The notes beneath the pieces are model-generated. The model was given only the letters and a program-made list of their open reading frames with translations, searched no databases and was not told the origin of the DNA. From assembly GCF_000010625.1 (NCBI RefSeq), contig NC_010296.1, forward strand, positions 1,890,001 through 1,922,000: DNA of 32,000 nucleotides, read 5' to 3'. Source of the DNA: Microcystis aeruginosa NIES-843. GTDB lineage: Bacteria > Cyanobacteriota > Cyanobacteriia > Cyanobacteriales > Microcystaceae. Made by a program: the position numbers and the translations under genes. This document shows, in pieces, positions 19,401 to 25,986 of this stretch. Each line of letters starts with the position of its first letter. The first letter of the stretch is position 1.

Positions 19401-20133
19401 CTCCCAAGCTACCACCCTGCACCAGTTGGGAACGGTAGCGCAACAATTGAGGGAATGGGAGCAAGCCCGAAGCTACTACCAGCAAGCTATTGGGATCTGC
19501 ATTGAATATGGGGATCGCTACTCCCAAGCCATCACCCTGCACAATTTGGGAGCCGTAGCGGCAGAATTGAGGGAATGGGAGCAAGCCCGAAGCCACTACC
19601 AGCAAGCTATTGGGATCTGCATTGAATATGGGGATCGCTACTCCCAAGCCATCACCCTGCACTGTTTGGGAATGGTAGCGGCAGAATTGAGGGAATGGGA
19701 GCAAGCCCAAAGCTACTACCAGCAAGCTATTGAGATCTACATTGAATATGGGGATCGCTACTCCCAAGCCAGCACCCTGCACCACTTGGGAAACCTAGCG
19801 CAAGCATTGAGGGAATGGGAGCAAGCCCGAAGCTACTACCAGCAAGCTATTGAGATCTACATTGAATATGGGGATCGCTACTCCCAAGCTGGAACCCTGC
19901 ACAATTTGGGAATGGTAGCCAAAGCAGTTGGGGAATTGAGCCAAGCCAAAAGTTATTACCTGCAAGCCTTACAAATTTGGGCAGAATTTAACGATAATTA
20001 CACCATACAAACCTATTCTTTGCCTCGTCTTGTTGCTCTTTATCAGCAAACGCAAGATGAGGAGATTCTTGTCGGTATTGCTTCTGTTTTCGGGGTTGGG
20101 GTTGAGGAGGTGCGGGGTTTGCTGGAGGGTTAG
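16489..20133 (+). CDS. CHAT (caspase-like protease) - STAND/NB-ARC-type P-loop NTPase - TPR repeat protein (bacterial NLR-like)
   Basis: 1214 aa. Caspase-fold dyad candidates are His223 (VIHFDVHGG) and Cys297 (ILNACQSA). Walker A GMGGTGKTT (Lys459), Walker B-like ILILDNLE. The C-terminus has six 40-aa TPR-like repeats. Confidence 0.85.
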   Translation: MPVLTIREEGINDGGFTATLNFDSGNSYPITVTDPFTNQEEKQLEWYFEEWLVFPTLDTDKAQKAANSVQNYGENLFKQVFQSNLNAYGEYRDLRKQLSQLQIIIESQSPEFQALHWEALKDPDLPRPFSIDCIISRQRRGATVVPVQMATYPTINLLVVIARPNEESDVNYRTISRPLVELVNSSEIPVKIDILRPGTYESLTRHLDEKGEGYYHVIHFDVHGGLMEYEQYQRQVHGDSWRYQRGWGLEDLAEYEGVKAFLFLEGEEKGQATPVEATELANLLTGKNIPICILNACQSAKQISQESEDYRETSLGSRLMTAGMQAVVAMGYSVTVSAAKLMMKPIYQQLLNGKDLTEAMRKGRLELFNNKQRRAYYNTRIDLEDWLLPVIYCRGKINLNLRPFTPEEEEKYWEHIGNQYVFPLPEYGFVGRDLEILKMEKALLKHNILLLKGMGGTGKTTLLNYLREWWQKTNWATHIFYFGYDRKAWTLEQIVHEIGQGIYNRFEQASFQAMNLKARVKKLEQKLRSEAYILILDNLESVTGQPLAIQNTLPENEREAIAEFLKNLVGGKTKVILGSRSEETWLQRRTFKENIYQLQGLDQESRTELAERILERQAKSRKNAIKKDDYFKRLMKLLAGYPLAMEVVLANLKRQSPEEIWQGLQLAELADVGDEDKTNNIIKCVEYSHSNLSEEAQKLLLCLAPFSGFIHRGVIPIYSQKLQQLEPLQGYQFDQFDAAIEEAIHWGLLSPMSEELPYLLTIQPIFPYFLKTKLKELAPETQAAIWEGFKNHYRDLAGYYDTLLDSKNPQEKQLGILFCRWEYENLFNALQIALNQQESVLTIINCLHSYLDLNQDTQTNLKLLEFVLETFENYPPEAKQGQVAIEIIGIIDEAGNKYLQSKNYQKAKEIYQKSLELLKPISESYSQSKQSFQAITLHNLGIVAQELREWEQARLYFQQAIEIYIEYGDRFSQATTLHQLGTVAQQLREWEQARSYYQQAIGICIEYGDRYSQAITLHNLGAVAAELREWEQARSHYQQAIGICIEYGDRYSQAITLHCLGMVAAELREWEQAQSYYQQAIEIYIEYGDRYSQASTLHHLGNLAQALREWEQARSYYQQAIEIYIEYGDRYSQAGTLHNLGMVAKAVGELSQAKSYYLQALQIWAEFNDNYTIQTYSLPRLVALYQQTQDEEILVGIASVFGVGVEEVRGLLEG
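19285..20004 (+). repeat. Intragenic 120-bp tandem repeats (5 near-identical units plus 1 diverged) encoding the TPR array
   Basis: The period of 120 nt was verified from CAAGCC at 19285 and CAAGCT at 19405. The unit is QAxTLHxLGxVAxxLREWEQARSYYQQAIEIYIEYGDRYS. The antisense track ORF 19237..19785 is a by-product. Confidence 0.9.
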
Positions 20134-20220
20134 AATGGGTTTTGGGCGTAGGCTGCGTGTTTGCGGCTATCAATTCAGTTAACGTAAGTAGCTGGTTATA
20201 ATTAAATTAAAAATGGATTT

Positions 20221-20280
20221 TAGGTTCGATCCCCCCTGCCCCCCTTGATAAGGGGGGAATAACGAACCTAGTTTGTTGTT
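20221..20280 (+). terminator. Possible terminator / palindromic element after the CHAT-STAND gene
   Basis: Nested inverted repeats TAGGTTCG...CGAACCTA enclose CCCCCC-TTGATAA-GGGGGG, followed by GTTTGTTGTT. Confidence 0.35.
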
Positions 20281-20287
20281 GCGCTCC

Positions 20288-20392
20288 CTTCGCTAAATTC
20301 TCTCCCCTTTCCTTGTAGGAGAAAGGCCAGGGGAGAGGTCAATAATTAAGAACCCAATGCGATCACACTATCTGGTAAAGATCAAGTATAAT
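20288..20392 (+). repeat. 105-bp non-coding module R, copy 1
   Basis: CTTCGCTAAATTCTCTCCCCTTTCCTTGTAGGA...CAGGGGAGAGGTCAATAATTAAGAACCCAATGCGATC...GATCAAGTATAAT. It contains the hairpin CTCTCCCC/GGGGAGAG and ends in a TATAAT box. A near-identical copy lies at 22662..22766. Confidence 0.85.
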
Positions 20393-20405
20393 AATAAATA
20401 TAAAG

Positions 20406-20434
20406 ACCAAATTATTCATCTACCGTTAACTTAA
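20406..20434 (+). pseudogene. Orphan 3' tail of a DUF5615-type toxin gene
   Basis: ACCAAATTATTCATCTACCGTTAACTTAA (..QIIHLPLT*) matches the last codons of the intact gene at 23489..23517 (ACCAAATTATTCATTTACCGTTAACCTGA). It sits right after module R copy 1. Confidence 0.65.
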
Positions 20435-20444
20435 TGAAAGCCAA

Positions 20445-20942
20445 ATGAACTTATTAAAACAATCGGACATTCAAGAAAATCCCACAACACTTTACGAACA
20501 AGATCTTCAGTTGTGGATTGAGCAAACTATTCATCAATTACAGAATCGACAGTTTGAACAACTGGATATAGAAAACTTAATTGAGGAGTTAAAAGATTTG
20601 GGTAAGTCAGAGAAACGCGCCTTAGAGAGCAACTTAATGGTCTTGTTGATTCACTTACTCAAATTAAAGATACAGCATGATGCTCCTGAGACAATGAAAG
20701 CAAGTTGGTATAATTCAGTAGATGAGCATCGCCAGCGCGTTCAAGATGATTTACTTAAGACTCCCTCTCTTAAATCTTATCTCTTAATCTCCATCACACA
20801 AGCCTATTCCAGCGCTCGTAAAGTCGCCATCAAACAGGGTAAACGCGCTCAATTTGGTATTCGTATTCCCCAAGAAAGTGAGTATCCCCTCGCTTGTCCT
20901 TTCACACCTGAACAGATTCTAAATGAGGACTTTTACGGATAA
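20445..20942 (+). CDS. DUF29 family protein
   Basis: 165 aa. LYEQDLQLWIEQTIHQLQNRQFEQLDIENLIEELKDLGKSEKRALESNL is the characteristic DUF29 N-terminus as I recall it. Confidence 0.75.
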   Translation: MNLLKQSDIQENPTTLYEQDLQLWIEQTIHQLQNRQFEQLDIENLIEELKDLGKSEKRALESNLMVLLIHLLKLKIQHDAPETMKASWYNSVDEHRQRVQDDLLKTPSLKSYLLISITQAYSSARKVAIKQGKRAQFGIRIPQESEYPLACPFTPEQILNEDFYG

Positions 20943-20980
20943 AAACGAAAGTAAACATTATCAATAATAAAACCATGAAA

Positions 20981-21080
20981 CCAGAATAAGTACCTAAGCA
21001 AAATTAATTACACATATCTAACCACCTCTTGCCTCTTGCCTATCTTCACTAGGAAATTAATTTTGCACGACTACTTATCA
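20981..21080. mobile_element. ~100-bp MITE-like insertion
   Basis: Flanked by the 9-bp direct repeat ACCATGAAA (20972-20980 and 21081-21089). The ends carry an inverted ATAAGTA..AAAATTAATT / AATTAATTTT..TACTTAT. One terminus recurs inverted at about 1283-1316. Confidence 0.55.
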
Positions 21081-21177
21081 ACCATGAAAACAGGTGATAT
21101 TGTTTTAATGATTAAATTATCATTGAACCCTAACGCACCATCTTCATAAAATTGGTTTGTTACGCTACAAACTACTA

Positions 21178-21645
21178 CTAAATATAGATATAACCCAAGC
21201 CAAAGACACGAAGCAAATCTCGGCATCCTTCTTCAAAATTATCATTAAAATTAATAATTTGGAAGCTAGGTAAGACCCAAGAAAGTTTTGTATATTCACA
21301 AGGTTGATAGAGAATTGGCAAAATTTTATCTTCAAAACGCTGATCCTGTAAAGTAAAAATTAGTTCTCGCTTTACCCACATAGAATCGACCGCATCAGGA
21401 GAGAGAACGATAATAAACCAATCACATCGCCTCAAAGCTTTCCCAATTTCATCATGCCATTGCTGTGCGCCTAAAATATTAGTTTCACTATACCAAACGG
21501 GAACTCCATGACGGCGTAATTCATTGGCCAAATGAGAGACAAACTCTCGATTTTTGCTAGAATGGGAAAGAAAAGCTTCTTGGGGAATCATCTCATACCT
21601 ATAGTTAAAATTAGACAAAGCATAGCTTGGGATGAGACAAGCCAA
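21178..21645 (-). CDS. TIR domain protein (TIR-B)
   Basis: 155 aa. TIR start AFLSHSS, then ...VPVWYSE...WFIIVLSPDAVDSMWVKRELIF with a conserved Glu candidate. An alternative start at the internal Met (ATG 21589-21591) is likely. The upstream TIR gene ends 2 nt before this ORF. Confidence 0.75.
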   Translation of the reverse strand: MACLIPSYALSNFNYRYEMIPQEAFLSHSSKNREFVSHLANELRRHGVPVWYSETNILGAQQWHDEIGKALRRCDWFIIVLSPDAVDSMWVKRELIFTLQDQRFEDKILPILYQPCEYTKLSWVLPSFQIINFNDNFEEGCRDLLRVFGLGYIYI

Positions 21646-21647
21646 AT

Positions 21648-22091
21648 CTAAAAGTGGTGTATCTCATGAGTCAGTCCGTCGGAGCTTGTCGTATTTTTAA
21701 GTGCCTGTGTAATTTCTTTCAATTCTTGATTGTCTTGTTCAAGATTAGGGACGAAAATCATTGGAAATTTTTTGAGAATCCAAGGAATATGTTCTAGGTT
21801 TGAATTATCTGAGGAAGAGACAATAACAGGAATGATACGACCTTGATACTTTTCTTCTCCAATTGCATAACTAATATCAGAAACAACATTAAAAGGCTTC
21901 AGTGATTCTGGTGTTAATAAGACTATCATTGCTTCAGATTCTTGTAAGGCTTTACCTATGTTATTAGCCCAGTTTTCCCCGGGTAACATTTCAGCAGCAT
22001 CCCAAACTTGAAAGCCATCTTCTTTGAGAGAATCAGCAACTCTCTTAGCTAACTTAGCCTCAGTAAAGGCATGACTAATAAAAACTTTCAT
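21648..22091 (-). CDS. TIR domain protein (TIR-A)
   Basis: 147 aa. MKVFISHAF...GFQVWDAAEMLPGENW...AMIVLLTPESL follows the TIR_2-like pattern. No obvious W-x-x-x-E motif is present (the sequence is NVVSDISYAIGE instead). Confidence 0.7.
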   Translation of the reverse strand: MKVFISHAFTEAKLAKRVADSLKEDGFQVWDAAEMLPGENWANNIGKALQESEAMIVLLTPESLKPFNVVSDISYAIGEEKYQGRIIPVIVSSSDNSNLEHIPWILKKFPMIFVPNLEQDNQELKEITQALKNTTSSDGLTHEIHHF

Positions 22092-22196
22092 ATTCTTTCT
22101 AGCTTCCTCGATATTTAAATTAATTCAACTGATTTATTCATAATCTGCTGACAATTTACTAAGAGTATAGCGTTTTTAGTCGCTAGAGAAACTCAT

Positions 22197-22505
22197 TTAC
22201 TCCTCGACTTCATCAGGAATAGATTCAGCTAACTTAAGCATAGCGCCTAAATCGACTGTTTCTTCAGCGAAATTTCCTGTGCGGGCTTCTGCGAGTCCCC
22301 GTTTGAGCGACTCGCGGACCCTAGGATTCTGAAAAGCCCATAGTTCTCCCCCCAGAATCGCCACCATGGGAACCAAAAGAAGCTCCCCGCTTGCATTCAT
22401 CAGTATTCGATAGTGACGGTTGCTACATTCAGTCCCAAGGCTAATCCGTCCGCAAGCATCAGCCTGAATATCTTCTTTAATGAGCGAAAAATTCTGATAC
22501 TCCAT
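22197..22505 (-). CDS. AbrB/MazE/SpoVT-like small protein (antitoxin-like)
   Basis: The swapped-hairpin-like core DACGRISLGTECSNRHYRILMNASGELLLVPM and the tail ELWAFQNPRVRESLKRGLAEARTG resemble cyanobacterial AbrB-type antitoxins. I prefer the second ATG (22503-22505) because GAGGAGGAG lies 5-8 nt upstream. The track ORF extends to 22526. Confidence 0.5.
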   Translation of the reverse strand: MEYQNFSLIKEDIQADACGRISLGTECSNRHYRILMNASGELLLVPMVAILGGELWAFQNPRVRESLKRGLAEARTGNFAEETVDLGAMLKLAESIPDEVEE

Positions 22506-22661
22506 CACGTCTCCTCCTCTCTTCATATACTTATTCTAGATAAGTTACCCAATTTGGGCAATAGGGTTATGTCCATTTAGCTCCTCACTATCTAAAGAAA
22601 ACAGGTTAAACTTGTTCGGGCGAGAGCCTTGACAACAAACCCAGTTTGTAGTCGAAGCTCT

Positions 22662-22766
22662 CTTCGCTAAATTCTCTCCCCTTTCCTTGTAGGATAGGGT
22701 TCAGGGGAGAGGTCAATAATTAAGAACCCAATGCGATCGCACTATTCGGCAACGATCAAGTATAAT
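22662..22766 (+). repeat. 105-bp non-coding module R, copy 2 (upstream of the DUF433 gene)
   Basis: Aligns base-for-base with 20288..20392 except for the inner part of the hairpin and a few substitutions. It ends in TATAAT, 60 nt before the ATG at 22827. Confidence 0.85.
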
Positions 22767-22826
22767 TAAGATAACAATGTTACTTAGAAAACAAAGTGAA
22801 GTTTGAATCTTCAATTAGGATAACTC

Positions 22827-23177
22827 ATGCAACTCGAAGACTATTTTAATTTTCTTGCCCCTAACGATATCCGACTAAAAGAAACCCGCATCGGTATTGA
22901 AACCATTTTATACGATTTTATTTACCAAGCGAGAACTCCCGAAGAAATTGCCAATACTTATCCGTCTTTAACCCTAGAACAGGTATATGCGACGATTCTT
23001 TATTATCTTCATGAAAAAGAAAAAGTGAGTCAATACATCACCGACTGGCTAGAATGGGGGCGAAAAATGCGAGAAGAACAGCAAAAAAATCCTCCGCCTT
23101 CGGTTGAACGACTGAGAAAATTGAAAGCTGAAATAACAGCCAAGCAGAAAGCTAATGACACTGAAATATTTAATTGA
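22827..23177 (+). CDS. DUF433-like protein (putative antitoxin)
   Basis: 116 aa. TRIGIETILYDF...TPEEIANTYPSLTLEQVYATILYY is the DUF433 pattern. It overlaps the next gene by 23 nt. Confidence 0.65.
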   Translation: MQLEDYFNFLAPNDIRLKETRIGIETILYDFIYQARTPEEIANTYPSLTLEQVYATILYYLHEKEKVSQYITDWLEWGRKMREEQQKNPPPSVERLRKLKAEITAKQKANDTEIFN

Positions 23178-23517
23178 TGAAAATGTTAATTCGGTGTATC
23201 CTCAACAATTGCGTCGCCGAGAACCAGAAATCATTGTTCGAGTAGTTGGTGAACCAGATACACCAAAATTAGGTACATTAGATCCAGAAATTTTGATTTG
23301 GTGTGAGGTAATGGGTTTTATTTTAGTGACAAATAATCGTGCCTCTATGCCCGTTCATTTAATAGCTCACTTCAGGCAAAATCGTCATGTTCCTGGAATT
23401 TTTATTCTCAATCAAGATTTAAGTGTTGGTGATAATTTGTTAGAATTAATTGTAATTGCTAAAGGCTCTTTTGACAATGAATATGAAAACCAAATTATTC
23501 ATTTACCGTTAACCTGA
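23155..23517 (+). CDS. DUF5615-like (PIN/Mut7-C-like) protein (putative toxin)
   Basis: 120 aa. YLIDENV...ILVTNN is the pattern typical of DUF5615 partners of DUF433. Confidence 0.6.
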   Translation: MTLKYLIDENVNSVYPQQLRRREPEIIVRVVGEPDTPKLGTLDPEILIWCEVMGFILVTNNRASMPVHLIAHFRQNRHVPGIFILNQDLSVGDNLLELIVIAKGSFDNEYENQIIHLPLT

Positions 23518-23583
23518 TCAAATTGAAATAATCTTATTAAAATAACTAAGAATCCCAATTCACGATCGCTACGAACCCGGTTT

Positions 23584-23661
23584 GATGAGGATATTTTCGT
23601 TGCTGTGGCTGATATTTTGAGGATTGGGATTGAGGAGGTGCGGGGTTTGCTGGAGGGTTAG
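23584..23661 (+). pseudogene. Orphan 3' tail of a second CHAT-STAND-TPR-type gene
   Basis: Encodes ..DEDIFVAVADILRIGIEEVRGLLEG*, compared with the intact gene end DEEILVGIASVFGVGVEEVRGLLEG*. The similarity continues into the 3' flank: 23662-23734 matches 20134-20189, with a ~20-nt indel. There is no upstream ORF body; stops lie at 23515 and 23524. Confidence 0.75.
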
Positions 23662-23753
23662 GATGGGTTTTGGGCGTAGGGATTGTTTGGGCGCAGGGTG
23701 CGTGTTTGCGGCTATCAATTCAGTTAACGTAAGTCTTAATTAAGGTGGTAAAT

Positions 23754-24374
23754 ATGGTTCAATTTTTACAAGCAAAAGAAGTCACTCTTAGAAATTTAAT
23801 TAATCATTTTCAACTACAGTTTATAGAAGATAAGCATTTTTTTGGGGAATGGCAGCAAGACCTAGAAGCAATCTCTGAACAAGAAAAAGAATTGTTAGAT
23901 AAAATCAAAACAGGTTATTTAAACTTATTAAATTATCCTCCCTTTTTAGAAACTTCGGTGAGGATGACGGTTTTAGATCCATTGTTATTTATTGGTAACT
24001 TTTATCTATTTCCCTTTCAGATTAAAGCGGAAGAGTCCGTTGAAATTATTACAGAAGAGCAAGATTTAATAATTAAAGGAAGGTTAGATACTTTAATTCT
24101 AAAAGAACAATTATGGGTAATGATTATTGAATCAAAACGGGTTATTTATTCCGTTGAAGTAGGTTTACCGCAATTATTAGCTTATTTAATGGTCAATCCT
24201 CATCCCAACCGTCCTAATTATGGAATGTTGACCAATGGTTCCGAGTTTTTATTTGTTAAATTATTATGGGACGGTAAACCTTTATACGGAACCTCTCGTT
24301 TATTTGCCATGAGAAATCCGGGGGATTTATATGAGGTTCTCAAAATCCTTAAACATCTCTGTCAACTAATTTGA
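23754..24374 (+). CDS. PD-(D/E)XK nuclease-fold protein (HsdR-N-terminal-like)
   Basis: GRLDTLILKEQLWVMIIESKR gives a D...E-x-K motif. The ATG at 23754 is preceded by AAGGTGG. The track ORF starts at an upstream GTG (23745). Confidence 0.55.
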   Translation: MVQFLQAKEVTLRNLINHFQLQFIEDKHFFGEWQQDLEAISEQEKELLDKIKTGYLNLLNYPPFLETSVRMTVLDPLLFIGNFYLFPFQIKAEESVEIITEEQDLIIKGRLDTLILKEQLWVMIIESKRVIYSVEVGLPQLLAYLMVNPHPNRPNYGMLTNGSEFLFVKLLWDGKPLYGTSRLFAMRNPGDLYEVLKILKHLCQLI

Positions 24375-24579
24375 GTATCAAGATAATCAGTACCTACAAA
24401 ATCATTACTCTCCTATTTCCCTCTGTTGTATAATTTGCTCTGCAAGGAACAAATCAGTTAGGCATAAATAAAAATTATCAGGATTTTTTCGGCTTTTCTT
24501 GACTATTTCAGCCTGATTTGTCCTGACAAGCTCAAGAATACGAGATTTTTTCTCTAGAATTGCCCGGCCTGAGAGGGGA

Positions 24580-25743
24580 ATGGTAAAGTTAGATAAGAAA
24601 ATTAAAGATGGTGTGATTAAAGTGAAATTTGCTGCTAGTACCTATTTTTCCCTGCTGCGCCATTGTGCCGTTCCTTTGTTGTCGATCGCCACTTTTACGC
24701 CAATTCTCTTAACTTATTTAGCCAAGGAAAAACCAGAAACCCCGCAACCCCAGGCAAATCTAGAGACTGCTGCCTTTCCTTCCCCTATTATCCCATCTCC
24801 GATCGCCCCCTTAACCGCGCCATCGCCGAAACTAGCGCCCTCTCCCCAATCTTCTGCGATTCCAAAATCAGCACCCTCTCCTCAGTCTTCCCTCTCAGCG
24901 CCGAAAAAATTAGCGCCATCGGTTCATTCCCCTAATACTTCCCCCAATACTTCCCCCGCTGCCGCAGCCAAACCGGTAACTAGACAACCCTTAGCGGTTC
25001 CCGCTAATTATACGCCGCCGGCCATAGAAATTCGCGTGGCGATCAAAAGGGATGTGGCCAGTGTTTTGATTGGAGTTAACGGACCGGCGGTGATCACCGA
25101 TCGCCAAGGTGGCGGTTTAAAAACGATTACCACTAACGAGGGTTTACCGGTCATTCCAGGTGCCAATGGCTTAAAAATGGGCGATTTATCGCTGCCAGAG
25201 GTGATTTTTGTGCAGCCCACCAGTGCCGATGGTTTAGTTTATGTGGATGATGGTTGGTATCGGGGCAAAGTGCTGCTTGTTGCGCAAGGCGATCGCTTGT
25301 TAGTGGTCAATCATGTTAATTTAGAGGCCTATCTCTATAGTGTGGTGGGTAGTGAAATGCACTCCACCGCGCCAATGCACGCTTTAAAGGCACAAGCGAT
25401 CGCCGCCCGTTCCTACGCCCTAGTACATATAATCCGCCCCGCTAATGCTTGGTTTCATCTGGGCAATAGCCAACGCTGGCAGGTATATAAAGGCATTCGC
25501 TCGGAGTATCAATCGACTCACCAAGCGGTTAATGCCACTGCTGGGCAGATTCTCAGCTATAAAGGGGGTGTAGTCGAGTCTCTTTATGCTGCCACCGATG
25601 AAATTGTCGCTTGGGCCCACGGTGGTCGCGGTATGAGTCAAACTGGGGCTTATAAATTAGCGGAAAAAGGCCTAGATTATCAACAAATTCTCGGTAATTA
25701 TTATCCCGGAGTTGGTTTAGCCCGTCTAGTTCTACAAAATTAG
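24580..25743 (+). CDS. SpoIID/LytB domain protein
   Basis: 387 aa. TM anchor, a Pro/Ser-rich linker with a repeated APSPQSS, and a C-terminal SpoIID pattern (LEAYLYSVVGSEM...ALKAQAIAARSYAL). Confidence 0.8.
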   Translation: MVKLDKKIKDGVIKVKFAASTYFSLLRHCAVPLLSIATFTPILLTYLAKEKPETPQPQANLETAAFPSPIIPSPIAPLTAPSPKLAPSPQSSAIPKSAPSPQSSLSAPKKLAPSVHSPNTSPNTSPAAAAKPVTRQPLAVPANYTPPAIEIRVAIKRDVASVLIGVNGPAVITDRQGGGLKTITTNEGLPVIPGANGLKMGDLSLPEVIFVQPTSADGLVYVDDGWYRGKVLLVAQGDRLLVVNHVNLEAYLYSVVGSEMHSTAPMHALKAQAIAARSYALVHIIRPANAWFHLGNSQRWQVYKGIRSEYQSTHQAVNATAGQILSYKGGVVESLYAATDEIVAWAHGGRGMSQTGAYKLAEKGLDYQQILGNYYPGVGLARLVLQN

Positions 25744-25854
25744 ATTGATTGGCTTTCTCGATCGCTGGTGCTAGGCTGTTGACTATAGCAGGGAGAAATA
25801 GTTGAGCATTTGTACTAAAATTCCCAACAGCTTGCCGACCTGTTTCTTCTAGTT

Positions 25855-25911
25855 GATAACTGAAAACTCAAATCTGATCACTGATAACTGATAACTGATC
25901 ACTGATAACTG
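25855..25911. repeat. Inverted copy of the heptamer module (AACTCAAATCTG followed by ATCACTG/ATAACTG units)
   Basis: Reverse complement of the 14937..14983 module. It lies 75 nt upstream of metH. Confidence 0.9.
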
Positions 25912-25986
25912 AAATGCAGACCATAGCAGATTTCTAGTAACCGTATTACAATAAACTTTCAAAATGCTATAGCAGTAAATCTCTCT

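Noticed and set aside
19237-19785. 182-aa antisense ORF inside the TPR repeat region
   Set aside because: It is an open frame created by the periodic 120-bp repeat. The sense strand encodes a coherent TPR array continuous with a 1214-aa protein.
21178-22091. Thoeris system call for the two TIR genes
   Set aside because: No ThsA-type partner (SIR2, SLOG, or TM-Macro) is present anywhere in the window. It is kept as an unclassified TIR module instead.
25744-25986. Cobalamin riboswitch or NtcA site upstream of metH (GTAACCGTATTAC)
   Set aside because: I could not find the B12-box or the conserved riboswitch helices. The GTA...TAC spacing is N7, not the canonical N8.
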